A DNA stretch of 64,000 nucleotides from the human T2T-CHM13v2.0 reference genome, Homo sapiens, in the NCBI RefSeq assembly GCF_009914755.1, contig NC_060934.1; one strand, 5' to 3'. The position numbers and the translations under genes were made by a program. The notes beneath the pieces are model-generated. The model saw only the letters and a program-made list of their open reading frames with translations, searched no databases and had not been told where the DNA came from. Positions 1-17,162 of this stretch are shown here, piece by piece (position 1 is the stretch's first letter; every line of letters begins with the position of its first letter).

Positions 1-129
1 CCCCTTGTTTTCTAGGTTTTAACTCTTACCTCTCTGCCCATTTTTTACCTCATTCTTCTTTGAATGTTCATCTTCTTTTTCTATTCCATCTCTGTTGACA
101 GTTCTATTTTTGGAAAATTTTCTGTACTT

Positions 130-520
130 TATTCTCTCCTGTAATTTCCAACAATAGCCTTTGCTGCCCATTACAATGTCCAAATCTCCAATATGCTCGT
201 TCTGTAAATTTTAGACCCATATAGTCAATTGCTCCTGTATCACTCCACTTGCATATATCACGAGCATCTGAGTATGTCTCCAACAAAATTCATTCTGTTT
301 TCTACCACACAGCTGTTCTTCCCTATTTCAGTTAGTGACATTACCTATTTGGCCCAGCCAGAAAATGAGGAGTCAGTCTTTACTGTTTCACCCTCTCTTT
401 TACAACCTGCATCCAACTGATCAATGAGTTCTGAGCATTCATCTTCTTAGTAGCTCTAGAATTTGTCTTTTCTCTTCCCTCCTCTGTGACATTATTTAAC
501 TAAGACTCTCTTTATTAGGA
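130..520 (+). mobile_element. L2 (LINE2) fragment, highly diverged
   Basis: Pyrimidine-rich sequence resembling the L2 3' region (CTCCACTTGCATATATCAC..., CCCAGCCAGAAAATGAGGAGTCA...). Boundaries approximate. Confidence 0.5.
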
Positions 521-550
521 ATTACCTAATTACTTAAGCAGCCTTCTTTG

Positions 551-710
551 TCAGTAGTTCTCAATCTTGTTTATACACCATAATTAGTTAGGAAAAATTC
601 AAAATTCCTGATGCCCAGGCCACACTCCAAACCATTACATTAGAATGTATAGAGATGGAATTCAAGCATACCAAGGTGGAATTAAGGTGGAAAACCAATG
701 TTCTAAGCAG
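551..710. mobile_element. MER5-like hAT-Charlie MITE
   Basis: CAGTAGTTCTCAATCTTG terminus and the internal TGATGCCCAGGCCACACTCCA motif typical of MER5. Confidence 0.55.
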
Positions 711-1055
711 CCCCTCTACTTCCATACTCTTATGACTGTTGTAATGTTGTTAGAATGTTCTTTCTATAAAGCTAATTGTGCTATCCTTATCTTAAGACAA
801 TTTAATAGCTACCCATTACCTTCAGGTAAGAACTAAATTTCTCAGCATAACTTTAGTGTCTTGTGTTTCTCATCAACTCATTTATTGATTTTTAATAGAT
901 GTTACTTGCACATGATAAATAATTTAAAAGGTGCAAAAGAATGTACCTTGGGAGTGTGGGGGAAACCTTCGCTTGTGCCCTTATCTCAACCCCCGGACTC
1001 TCATCCCACCTTCACAGGCACCCACTATTCCCAGTACCCTTCACCATATATTAAA

Positions 1056-1895
1056 TGTGTGTGTGTGTATATATATATAATATATATACATGTAATATAT
1101 ATTATATATATACATGTAATATATAATATATATACATGTAATATATATAATATATATGCATGTAATATATATAATATATATGCATGTAATATATATAATA
1201 TATATGCATGTAATATATATAATATATATGCATGTAATATATATAATATATATGCATGTAATATATATAATATATATGCATGTAATATATATATAATATA
1301 TATGCATGTAATATATATAATATATATGCATGTAATATATATAATATATATGCATGTAATATATATAATATATATGCATGTAATATATATAATATGTATG
1401 CATGTAATATATATAATATGTATGCATGTAATATATATAATATGTATGCATGTAATATATAATATGTATGCATGTAATATATATAATATGTATGCATGTA
1501 ATATATATAATATGTATGCATGTAATATAGAATATGTATGCATGTAATATATATAATATATATGCATGTAATATATATAATATATATGCATGTAATATAT
1601 ATAACATATATGCATGTAATATATAATATATATGCATGTAATATATAATATATATAATATATATGCATGTAATATATATAATATATATGCATGTAATATA
1701 TATAATATATATGCATGTAATATATAATATATAATATATAATATATATAATATATATTGTAATATATTATATATATTACATGTTACAATATAATATAATA
1801 TAATACAATATAATTATATATATTATATTGTAACATGTAATATATATAACATGTAATATATATATAATATTAATATTAATATATTAATATTATAT
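1056..1895. repeat. AT-rich minisatellite, 24-bp unit ATATATATAATATATATGCATGTA, about 25 copies plus degenerate AT flanks
   Basis: Directly visible tandem array. It produces the repetitive ACNIYNIY/ILHAYILY ORFs. Confidence 0.97.
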
Positions 1896-3859
1896 GGATA
1901 ACAGGAAAGAAAAAGCCTCCCAGGCATCTAATTACAACTGATACATTCTACCTTAGCCTTGAATGTCATGAGCAGCAGAGAGAGAAGACATTGAGCAAAT
2001 GCTTTCTTGCTTGAAGAGCTGCTCTGACCTGTGAATAGCCACTCTAGGAAGAATACACAGTCAAATTTGTATCTGTACACCAAAGAAAACATAGTTAACT
2101 TTTTGAGCCTTGCTTTCTCAACCTGACTACATTCTAATAGAAACCAGACTGAAAATTTTAAACAAGAGAGTTTGTTTAAAGTGCTATTGTTTTCATGTTA
2201 CCATATAAAGACTAGGCCTAGGGGAATAATGGCAAAGTGGTTGAATTTATTTTCCCATGAGTCTGTAATAAAATGTAGTTATTATGTCTGTGTTATAGAA
2301 CTAACTTTATAAGCAATTATGAAAATAAAGTATATCATTTGTGAGGAAAATATTTTTAAGCCTTCCACATGTTAATATTCTCATGTAGAGAAATGCTTGC
2401 TTAGGGATTCTTAAAACAAAATTAGCCCTAATTAATATTTTATTACATTTCAATTGTTGCTGTGTGTGCGAAAATACCCTCTCCATGTGTTAAACCTATA
2501 CAGGTAAAAAAAGCACTATGGATGGATTTCTCAGTATTTGTAACGAATATCCTTTTTTCTTTCTTTCTTTTTTTTTTTTTTTTTTTGGTCAAAGTGCCTG
2601 TGAGGGTAAGAGATCTTAGGATTTCGGGTGGGGTGGGGGGATAAAAAGTCAGATCTGATGTACCAGCTATCTCTACAAAGAGTGAGATTATAAAGTTATT
2701 CTCTGAGTCTTAGTTGAGACTCATTTTTTTTCTCTTTAGGATTAACTGGGTTTCCACTCAATTTAACACTCTTTCCTAAATGACCATTTTACACTTTTCA
2801 TAAGAGAAGCACAGACCTTTAATATCATTTCACTATTGAAACGTTCAGGAATTTTCTTCATGAAGTTGCAGTCTCTGTAGTGTATAGAGCATAATACATA
2901 ACTTGTTTTCCTCCTTCTTAAGCCAAATTTTATTTTTTGGAAGACAAAAAAGTGCTCGCTATTGGGTGTTTGTTATTCTATTCTTCCTCCATGTACTTCT
3001 TTAATGTGTGCCTTTCTTGGTTTAGATAACAGCTTTTCTCTCACTCGATATTCTTTACTCATGTTGCAGGGTCATAAAATTCACTCATACTACACCTCAC
3101 ATGTGCAGGGAAATTGTAGTTCCCTAGACTCCCATTGGCTGGTTAGAGGGAAATTATATTTTAGTTATATTTGCTTGAAAAGTTGGTGAGACTGAGAAGT
3201 GTTAATAGTCTCTAATGTATCACATATTCTAAGAATAATAAAAACCTCCACACTGTCTCCCAATTTCTTTCTCTTTCACAGTTTATTTTACCAGCTGGGG
3301 ATAGCAACGTGGCTCATGGGACCTCGTGGTAGGGGCATGGGTCACAGCGGGCAGGTGTGCTGTGCCCTGTCTCTCCCTGTTTCTTGTAAATTCTGTTCTC
3401 CTTAACACACCAAGTGTCGTTGGTTTTCATGAAGAGTTTCACTGGCACTGCAGGCTTCTCTAAGGGCAGAGACCCTTTGGCTCTGACTGGGTGTTATGTC
3501 CTTTGGTCCAAACTTAATTTGTTTTCAGAATATTTGGGGGTGTCCCTTGATTCCTTGGTCCACATTAATTATCTTTAAGGTCCCCCAATTCTGGGACCAC
3601 CTAGTCCCCCGAAGTTCAGTATCTTTGTTGCTTTCACTCTGCTGAACGAACATGAAGATATTTTCTATGGCTGAGAGCCCTCTAAACTGAGTTCTACCTC
3701 CCCAGTTACAAAAAGTGTTCATTACTTCATGCTCCAAGCACCTCGTCAGCGTGCTGCAGAGGGGAAATTCTGGCTCTGAGCTTCTTGCTACTCACAAGTC
3801 TTGCATAGCTATGTTTTCTCCCTAGGCTTGGTAATTTATTCCTTTTTCTAGTAGATCCA

Positions 3860-5385
3860 ACCTCGTTTTCCTCCAACACATCCCTCTCGTCTGCTGTCTT
3901 CATCTTAATGACTTCTACATGCAAACTGGTTCTTGACATCTCTGTTTCTATATTAGGCTTTTAAAATGTAACTTGAACAAAAAACAACTCTTAATTAATT
4001 CACCCCAACTCCCAACTTTTTCCCAGGTGGCCTGTTCTCCTTCCCTATCCACCCTCAACCCTCAACCAGAATTGCTCATGCCAAAACCCAAGAATTATCT
4101 TGTTTCTTTTTTGCCCTCTTCTTTCAATCCTGCTCATATTCAGTATTTCACCAAGTATTGACAGTTTTACCTCTAAAACCTCATTCTATTTCTCCCACCT
4201 CCACTATTACTTTTCATCTTGTTCTAAGTCACCACACTGTCTTGTCTCAATTACTCAGATTGCTCTCTTTTCCCTCACTGGCCCTGTGCATAGTGGAGAG
4301 TGGCACAAATCAGTTCATGTTTCTCCCTTACCTATTGTACTCAGGAAAATAATCCCACGTTTTTTTCCCTGGCCAACTTGACCCTTTATGGTCTTGTTCC
4401 TTTGTGTCTTCATCTTAAGTCACTCCACTCCTTGCCTTTTATGTTTCAAAGGCACTGAGCATTTTTCTGTTCTTCAAACACACTAGCTCATTCTTGACTC
4501 AGTAACTTTGCACTAGGTATTCCCTCCTCCAGGTAAGCTATTTCCCACATTTGGCATGAAGAATTGACTCCATCTTGTAACTTAAAAACCAGCTCCAACA
4601 TTACCATCTTCTAGAGGGTTTCTCTAATCAATTAAACTAACGTGGCCACATGGTCATTGGCAATGACTTTAAAAAATGTTTATTCTCTGCATAGCATTCA
4701 GAATTGTGATGGTTAATATTGAGTGCCAACTTGATTGGATTGAAGGATGCAAAGCATTGTTCCTGTGTGTGCCTGTGAGGGTATTGCCAATGGAGATTAA
4801 CATTTGAGTCAGTGGACTAGGAGAGGCAGACCCACCCTCAATCTGGGTAGGCACCATCTAATCAGCTGCCAGCGCAGCCAGGATAAAAGCAGGCAGAGGA
4901 ACATGGAAGGAGTAGACTGCCTAAGTCTTCTGGCCTCCATCTTTCTCCCATGCTGGATATTTCCTGTCCTCGAGTTCTTCAGCTTTTGAACTCTTAGACC
5001 TACACCAGTGGTTTGCCAGGGGCTGTCGGGCCTTTGACCGCAGACTGAAAGCTGCACTGTTAGCTGCCCCACTTTTGAGATCTGGGGTCTAGGACTGGCT
5101 TCCTTGCTTCTCAGCTGCAGACAGCATATTGTGGGACTTCACCTTGTGATCGTGGAGTCAATACTCCTTAATAAACTACCTTTCATGTACACATCTATTC
5201 TATTAGTCCTGTCCCTCTAGAGAACCCTGACTAATACAAGCATCCTCTTACATTCTTCAGAGTATTGGTTTATCTGTCCCATGTATTCTATCTTCCACTC
5301 CTATTCTATTCTAGACTGGCCATGGTTCTTAGCAGGAACTCAAAAAACATTGGTGAAAAGAGTAAATTAGTGAATGGATGAATAC
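3860..5385 (+). mobile_element. L2 fragment interrupted by an MLT2A LTR
   Basis: L2-like sequence at 3860-4700 resumes after the LTR and ends in an L2-type 3' tail (...AGTGAATGGATGAAT). Confidence 0.6.
4705..5238 (+). mobile_element. MLT2A (HERV-L) solo LTR
   Basis: TGTGATGGTTAATATTGAGTG...CTAGAGAACCCTGACTAATACA with TG..CA termini and a 5-bp TSD AGAAT/AGCAT. Confidence 0.9.
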
Positions 5386-5839
5386 GGGCTTTCACGAGAG
5401 AGTTCCTTCAAACAGTTTGTCCTCTGGTACCTAAAATTCCCTTGAGGTTAAGTCCTGTCTACCATTTTTGGAGGGGAAGGAAGGGAAAATATGGCACCAA
5501 TGGATATCGGAATGTTTTATGTCCTCTATGTTATAACTATATTTAAATAGATGAAAGAAGATGAAACCATGTGACTTTCACATTCTTAAAGCTCAATGAC
5601 CATAAGCAAATCCCTGAACACCTCTGATTCTTATTTTTCCTCATATTTATAACTTGAGTAATAAATCCTGCCTCATAGAGGAGTTTTAGGCGTCAAATGA
5701 AATTGTACACCTGAAAGTACTTTATAAAGTGTTTAAAATCAAAGCTAACCTTTGCAACATATTACATCATGTCCTTGCAAGAGTGGGCTACAATAGTTAA
5801 AAGATATAGACGCCAAAGACCTATTTTAGGGTGACCAAC

Positions 5840-5897
5840 TATATTGGTCATGGTTCTTCAGAGAAACAGAACAAATAGGAGATATATATATATCTCC
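5840..5897 (-). mobile_element. MLT2 LTR 3'-end fragment
   Basis: GGTTCTTCAGAGAAACAGAACAAATAGGAGATATATAT matches the reverse complement of the MLT2 end. Confidence 0.55.
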
Positions 5898-5976
5898 ATG
5901 TGAAGGACCAGAGTCTGTTTCATATGGAAAGGAGAGTCATACAACAGAGTGTGTCTGTGGACAAGATTCAGATAAT

Positions 5977-5978
<2 letters not shown>

Positions 5979-6020
<42 letters not shown>
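5979..6020. repeat. (GT)n microsatellite, about 21 units
   Basis: Directly visible. Confidence 0.98.
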
Positions 6021-6022
<2 letters not shown>

Positions 6023-6259
6023 TCTTACATTGTTCTCTGTATTTCCAGAGAACAGAAAATAAAAGTAGTAATCAAAATTAGGAAGATTTCAGTTCAATCT
6101 GTGGGAGTAATTTCTAACATTATTTTTCAATAATGAAATGGAATACTGTCTGCTTCTCCTGCATTTAGTGAGGACTGTGTGCCAGACACCCTACTAGGTC
6201 ATGAGAATATAGAAATGAGAGGAATGGTCTCTGCCTGACCACATCTCTTTAATCCACCT

Positions 6260-7040
6260 GACTCATCATTCCTATTTCCACCATATCAGCATAAAGCACA
6301 ATTATCTTTCATTCACCACCTGGACTACCCTTCTACCTAGATTCTGTACATGCAGTGAACCAAGACAGTCTTCACACAGCAGCTATAATGATGTATTTAA
6401 AGTGTTAATCTGATCCTTTCACTTCGCTGTTTGATCCTTTTAATTGATGGCATGCATTGCTATTAAAGTCGAGTAAAATAGAGAGGATAGACATGATCGG
6501 AATTTCTCTGGCTTTTTTGTACCTTGTAGCCTCATCTTTCTTTGTTGCTCCTACTCATCGGATCCTTAGACACTCAGGCCCTTGTTCAGTCCCTCATATG
6601 CCACTAACAATTGTCCTTTCTCAGGACTTTTGCATAGCCTTTGTCCACCGTCAGAAATGCTCTCACCACTGCTTCAGCTCATTGTCTGTCCTAGTCACAA
6701 ATCAAATTAGTGCCAACTTAAATGTCACTGCCCATAGATATTGGGGAGACACTGGGAGAGTTTCCTTATAATGCATTCTCACAATATGCTGAGCTTCTCC
6801 TTTGTAGCACTGATTTTGACTGTAATTTAATAACTATTTTTGTAATTGTTCAGTTAAAACCAATGACATACTTTAACTGAAGCATGAACTCTAAGCTTCA
6901 TGAGCGCATCAGTCCTATCTGTCTTTCTTATCTTATGCTGTGTGTTTCTGTACCCCTGTCTCCTGCATAATTCTTGGCACATATTATGCATTCAGTAAAT
7001 ATTTGTTAAATAGCAAATGAATAAATTAATGAATGAATAA
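6260..7040 (+). mobile_element. L2 3' fragment
   Basis: Ends with TTGGCACATATTATGCATTCAGTAAATATTTGTTAAAT...GAATGAAT, the L2 3' terminus. Confidence 0.7.
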
Positions 7041-7129
7041 TAGTCAAAGGATAAATCCTAGGAGCTCAGACTGTATTAGGGAAACTTCATGCAAAAATTG
7101 TATGCAAAAATGTTAATACATGACTCTAT

Positions 7130-7250
7130 TTCCTATTAAGCACCACTAAGGAAGGTAAGACAGTTATTATCATGAACTGACAGGAGAAAACTGAAACCCA
7201 TAAAGGTTAAAGTATTGAGTTCAGGATCACACAAAAACAAGACTACAGCC
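7130..7250 (-). mobile_element. MIR fragment
   Basis: Core ACAGGAGAAAACTGAAACCCATAAAGGTTAAAGT...AGGATCACACA. Confidence 0.55.
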
Positions 7251-7739
7251 TCTGTTAGAATGCAGATTTTTCTATTTCCAACCTTATGCTTTTCCCTTTG
7301 CTTTTTGGAAGAGAAAAGAAGCAAAAGAAAAGCAAACAAATGAACAAAGAACCTTGGGCAACTCTTTGATTGTAGATACACATGAGGTAGTGACCAGGCT
7401 ACAAATATTTCCATCTACTACACCTAACAATTTGAGAGCTGCTCTTCTAGAAAAAGTGCCTACTGAGATGTGAGTGCTCGTAAGAGGTCATGTACAAATC
7501 TGTGAATGAAATATTATTATCCTTGATACTGACAGCAGGTCTCTCTCTCTACGGTGTGCATGAAATCAGCAAAAACAGGCAATTATCAAACTCACTTGCA
7601 AATCTTTAAAGGAGAAATATCTCATGTTTAACTATTCTCCAAATACAGAGGAACAAAATTTCCGGTGGACCAATGAATCCACACATTTTTTCACATTCTC
7701 CAAAAGATTTTGATTATCAGTTTGAGGATTTATTGTATT

Positions 7740-7870
7740 CACTCATCTGATCATCACAATTGTGTGACTTAAGTTTAGATGCTAAATAAGAAATAGGAAG
7801 TGATTTGTCCAAGGTAGTACAACTTGTCAATAATGCAGCAATGACCCCAAACTCAAGTCATCTGACCCCT
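7740..7870 (-). mobile_element. MIR fragment
   Basis: AAGTGATTTGTCCAAGGTAGTACAACTTGT core. Confidence 0.5.
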
Positions 7871-8046
7871 AGCAGCTGACGTATTTCTTTATGACATATC
7901 TGGTGATTTTGAAAAGCACTGTTTCTTGCAAAGAAGGACCTTGAAGAAATTTTAATGGGGGTAACTCCAAAAGACAGGCGTTATTTGGGCTAAAATATTC
8001 AGTCAAGGCCTGCGATGTGTTAGAAGTTAGTTTAGGAAACCTCCAA

Positions 8047-8400
8047 AGCAGTGGTCCTCAAACTCCAACATGGGCAAGATTCACTTGGGATCTCGCCACT
8101 GGAAATTTTGATTAGTAGGACCTTAGGAATCTGCACCTTTAAAAGTCCCAGAGGTGCTTCTCATGTACACAGTCAGGCTTTGGTGAATACTGCTTGAAAT
8201 TGCCTTCCAGCCTCAGATGCTGTGGTTATTATCCCTAGAGCATTGGTTCTCAGCCCTTACTGCACATTATAACCACTTGAAGAATGAAAAAAAAATGCTA
8301 TTGAGGCCACATGCTAAGCAATTCTGATTTAATTTATCTGGGATGAGAACTACTTAACAGTATTTTGGAAAAGACTTTTAGGTGATTCAAATGTGAAGCA
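8047..8400. mobile_element. Two adjacent MER5-like MITEs
   Basis: CAGTGGTCCTCAAACT and CATTGGTTCTCAGCCC starts, with AGGAATCTGCA and AGGTGATTC motifs. Confidence 0.55.
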
Positions 8401-9340
8401 TAGGCTTTGGAAGATAGATCGATTGTTGGAACCACATGTAGTAGCATTGACTCTAGATTAAGACAGGAGGTAAACTGAAGAAATTTAAATTGCCTTTCTG
8501 CTTCCTAGGCATAAACAAAATAATAAAGTATTTTACAAAGGATAATAAAGTACTCCACGGCAACAATGTGGTAACAGTTACGTCGTTGAAGATTAACATA
8601 TAATCCCCTACTTAAGAGATATTTTTAAATTAATTATGAAGGCCACTTGTAAGAGATGTGAAGAAGCATGCCAACGCTTTGGATTAAACAACTAAGACTA
8701 AGGAAAACTGATTTGCAGTTTTCAAAACAGCAACAATTATGTCCATGTGATTGCATTCATAAAAGTTATTAATTAGGCTGATTATATTTTAATTAAAAAA
8801 CATAGAGAAGTGTAGTTGTATAACTGTTGGGGGATAAGATTATTCTTCATGCTATAGATGCCAATAATAGCAATAGCAACCACACACACAAGAAAGCAAA
8901 CCCTTAATTTCAAAACACATGTCATCCAATCAGTTCAATTCTTAATATTAAAATGAACTGCTGAAATTCAGTTTCTTGTTGCTTATTTAGGTTTAGTTGG
9001 AAAAAAATTCATCTTTCCCAAATTCATACAGAAGTTGCTTAAGAGACAATGATTCCTTCTAGAATTTGGTGCCTCTTACAGTTGCTGTCTAAAAGTATAA
9101 GCATTTCTTTTCTTTTTTTTTTTTTTAACTTTAAGTTCTGGGATACATGTACTAAATGTGCAGGTTTGTTTCATGGGTATACATGTGCTGTGGTGGTTTG
9201 CTGCATGTATCAGCCCATCATCTAGGTTTTAAGCCCTGCATGCCTTAGATATTTGTCCTAATGCTCTCCCTCACCTTTCCTCTCACCCACTGATAGGCCC
9301 CAGTGTGTGATGTTTCCCTGTGTCCATGTGTTCTCATTGT

Positions 9341-13462
<4,122 letters not shown>

Positions 13463-13525
13463 TATGATGGTAGCTGATTATTTTGCATGTTAGTTAATAC
13501 ACTTTCTTCATAGTTTTGTTGGTCT

Positions 13526-14551
13526 TTAAGTTTTGGTGTGTTTTTGCAGTGGTTGCTACTGGTTTTTCCTTTTCATATTTACTGACTCCTTCAGGAGCTC
13601 TTGTAAGGCATGTCTGGTGGTGCAAAATCCCTCAGTATTTGCTAGTCTGGAAATGATTTTATTTCTCCTTCACCAGTGAAGCTTAATTTGGCTGGATATA
13701 AAATTCTGGGTTGAAAATTCATTTCTTTAAGAATGTTGAATATTGGCCCCCACTCTCTTTTGCCTTGTAGGATTTCTGCAGAGACATCTGTTGTTAGTCT
13801 GATGGGCTTCTCTTTTTAGGTAACCTGAACTTTCTTTCTGGCTGCCCTTAACATTTTTTTCTCTGTTTCATCCTTGGAGAATCTGACAATTATGCGTCTT
13901 GGGGTTGCTCTTCTCAAGGAGTATCTTTGTGGTATTTTCTGTATTTCCTGAATTTGAATGTTGTCTTGTCTTGCTAGATTGGGGAAGTTCTCATGGATAA
14001 TATCTTGAAGTGTGTTTTCCAACTTGATTCCATTCTCTCTGTCACTTTCAGGAACCCCAATCAATCATAGATTTGGTCTTTTCACATAGTCCCATATTTC
14101 TTGGAGGCTTTATTTGTTCCTTTTCATTCTTTTTTCTCTAATCTTGTCTTCCTACCTTATTTCAGTAAGTTTGTCTTCAATCTCTGATATCCTTTCTTCC
14201 GCTTGATCAGCTGGACTATTGATACTTGTGTATGCTTCATGAAGTTCTCGTGCTGTGTTTTTCAGCTCCATCAGGTCATTTATGTTTTTCTCTAAACTGG
14301 TTATTCTAGTTAGCAGTTTCTGTAACCTTTTATCGAGGTTCTTAGCTTCTTTGCATTGGGTTGGAAACATGCTCCTTTAGCTTAGGGGAGTTTGTTATTA
14401 CCCACCTTCTGAAGCCTAATTCTGTCAATTCATCAACCTCATTTTCTGTCCAGTTTTATGTCCTTTCTGGAGTGGAGTTGTGATCATTTGGAGGAGAAGA
14501 GGCATTCTGGTTTTTGGAATTTTCAGCATTTTTGCGCTGGTTTTTGCTCAT
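13526..14551 (-). pseudogene. L1 ORF1p remnant
   Basis: Starts MSKNQRKNAENSK. Fragments TSLEKNINDLMELKN and IGVPESDRENG...ENFPNLARQ are in different frames. Confidence 0.9.
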
Positions 14552-15477
14552 CTTCATGGATTTATCTACCTTTGATCTTTGATGCAGATGGCTTTTGGAT
14601 TGGGTTTTTGTGGGAGGTCCTTTTTTGTCGATGTTGATGTTATTGCTTTCTGTTTGTTATTTTTCCTTCTAACAGGCCTTTCTTCTGCAGGTCTGCGGCA
14701 GTTTGCTGGAGGTCCACTCTAGAACCTTTTCCCTGGGTATCACCAGCGGAGGCTGTAAAACAGCAAAGATTTCTGCCTGCTCTTTCCTCTGGAAGGTTCA
14801 TCTTAGAGGGACACTGGCCTGATGCCAGCTGGAACTCCCCTGTATGAGGTGTCTGTCAACCCCTGTTGGGAGGTCTCTCCCAGTCAGGAGGCATGGGGGT
14901 CAGGGATCCACTTGAGAAGGCAGTCTATCCCTTAGCAGAGCTTGAGCGCTGTGCTGGGAGAAACCTTCTCAGGATCCGCTGCTCTCTTCAGAGCTGGCAG
15001 GCAGGAACATTTAAGTCCTCTGAAGCTGTGCCCACAGCCACCCCTTCCCCCAGGTGCTCTGTCCCAGGGAGATGGGAGTTTTTTCTATAAGCACCTGACT
15101 GGGGCTGCTGTCTTTCTTTCAGAGATGGAAAGTGAAGAGGAATCTAGAGGGGCAGTCTGGCCACAGCCACTTTGCCACATTGTGTTGAGTTTTGCCTAGT
15201 CTGAACTTTCAGGCCTCCTTAGCACTGTCAGGGGAAAACTGCCTCCTCAAGCCTCAGTAATGGCAGTCGCTTCTCTTCCCATCAAGCTCGACCATCCCAG
15301 ATCGACTTCCGACTGCTGTGTTGGCAGCGAGAATGCCAAGCCAGTGGTTCTTCGCTTGCTGGGCTCCGTGGGAGTGAAACCCAATGAGCGAGACCACTTG
15401 GCACCCTGGCTTCATCCCCCTTTCCAGGGGTGTGAACGGTTCTGTCTCGCTGGGTTTCCAGGTGCTATTGAAGTATG

Positions 15478-15530
15478 AAAACAACAACAACAACAAAACA
15501 ACAACAACAAACAACAACAACAACAACAAC
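15478..15530. repeat. (CAA)n microsatellite inside the L1 5'UTR
   Basis: Directly visible. Confidence 0.9.
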
Positions 15531-15797
15531 TCCTGCAGCTAGCTTGGTGTCTGCCCAAACATCCAACCAGCTTTTGTGCTTGAAACCCAGGTCCCCGGTG
15601 GTGTAGGCACACAAGGGAATCTCCCAGTCTGTGGATTGCAAAAACCATGGGAAAAGCATAGCATCTGGGCTGGATAGCACAGTCCCTCATGGCTTCCTCT
15701 GGCTGGGAAAGGGGCCCTCTGCTTTTTGCACTTCCCAGGTTAGGCGACACCCCTCCCTACTTCTGCTCACCCTCCATCGGCTCCACCCACTGCCTAA

Positions 15798-16214
<417 letters not shown>

Positions 16215-16758
16215 AAGTATAAGCATTTCTAAGGTGTACTATGGAATAGAAACTACACAAGATTTAAAGCAGTTAGATATTACTACCAATGAGTTTACAG
16301 AAGAGCTGGAGCAACATACTTCACACATAGAAAAATAATCAAGAGCACAGCACCCTCAAAATCAGTAACACTGAAAGTCTTAGTCATGGACATCTTGATT
16401 AAGGTTTCTTATGAAAACATAGAGAACATAATAACACCCCTCCTGACTCCTTTTATAAAAAAAATAGCATAAGTTATGTGTTTGTGAACACCTTGTAAGT
16501 TATAATTAACTCAATCTAAATATGTTCTGTGAAAGGTTAGTTGGAGGTCAACTAGATCGGGAAAACAATATATATTTTATTCCCATCTTTGGGATTCACA
16601 ATTTTCCTGAGAAATGCAACAGTCAAAAAACTTGTTCAGCTTTGTTTAACCTGTTTCCAAAATGGATTCATCCTTGACTTTAATGTTTGTCAATATACAG
16701 AAATAGGGTTCTTCAGAATAATCTGGATAAGTTGACACTTAGAAATCTGTAGGATCTT

Positions 16759-17162
16759 TGATTAAAAAAGAATAAAATCTTTAGACAAATTAAATTTAAA
16801 TGTTTTTATTGGAGCAAAGAATGCTTCATGAATTTCACATCTCCCTGAATAAGAAGAGCTCTTCAGAGATCTCTGCCCTGAAGTGTGAGCAGTGAGCTTT
16901 TATAGGGTGGATGCAGAAGCAAAGTAAAGAAACTATTTTATTGGCTACAGCTAGGCATCTGCCTTATTTGGACATGGTGTAATAAGTTGGCTACCTTTGA
17001 TTGGTTGAAACCCAGAAACTGTGATTGGCAGAAACTTGGCTGTTTGTTATACTCTTACTTTAGGTTTTGGTTTATTTGCATATTAAGTTAGGTTGCAGTT
17101 TGATACATAGGGACTCAAGGTATGGAGAGGACAACCTCAGACAACTTTAACTTAATTTAATA
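16759..17162 (-). mobile_element. ERV1 solo LTR (MER57-like)
   Basis: Minus strand begins TATTAAATTAAGTT and ends ...TTTGTCTAAAGATTTTATTCTTTTTTAATCA, with CCAAT boxes. Possible 4-bp TSD TCTT/TCAT. Confidence 0.65.

Noticed and set aside
861-1716. Four ~200-aa ORFs on both strands
   Set aside because: Translations of the 24-bp minisatellite; low complexity and not genes.
1080-1720. CRISPR-like regular array
   Set aside because: Head-to-tail units without unique spacers, no cas genes, eukaryotic context.
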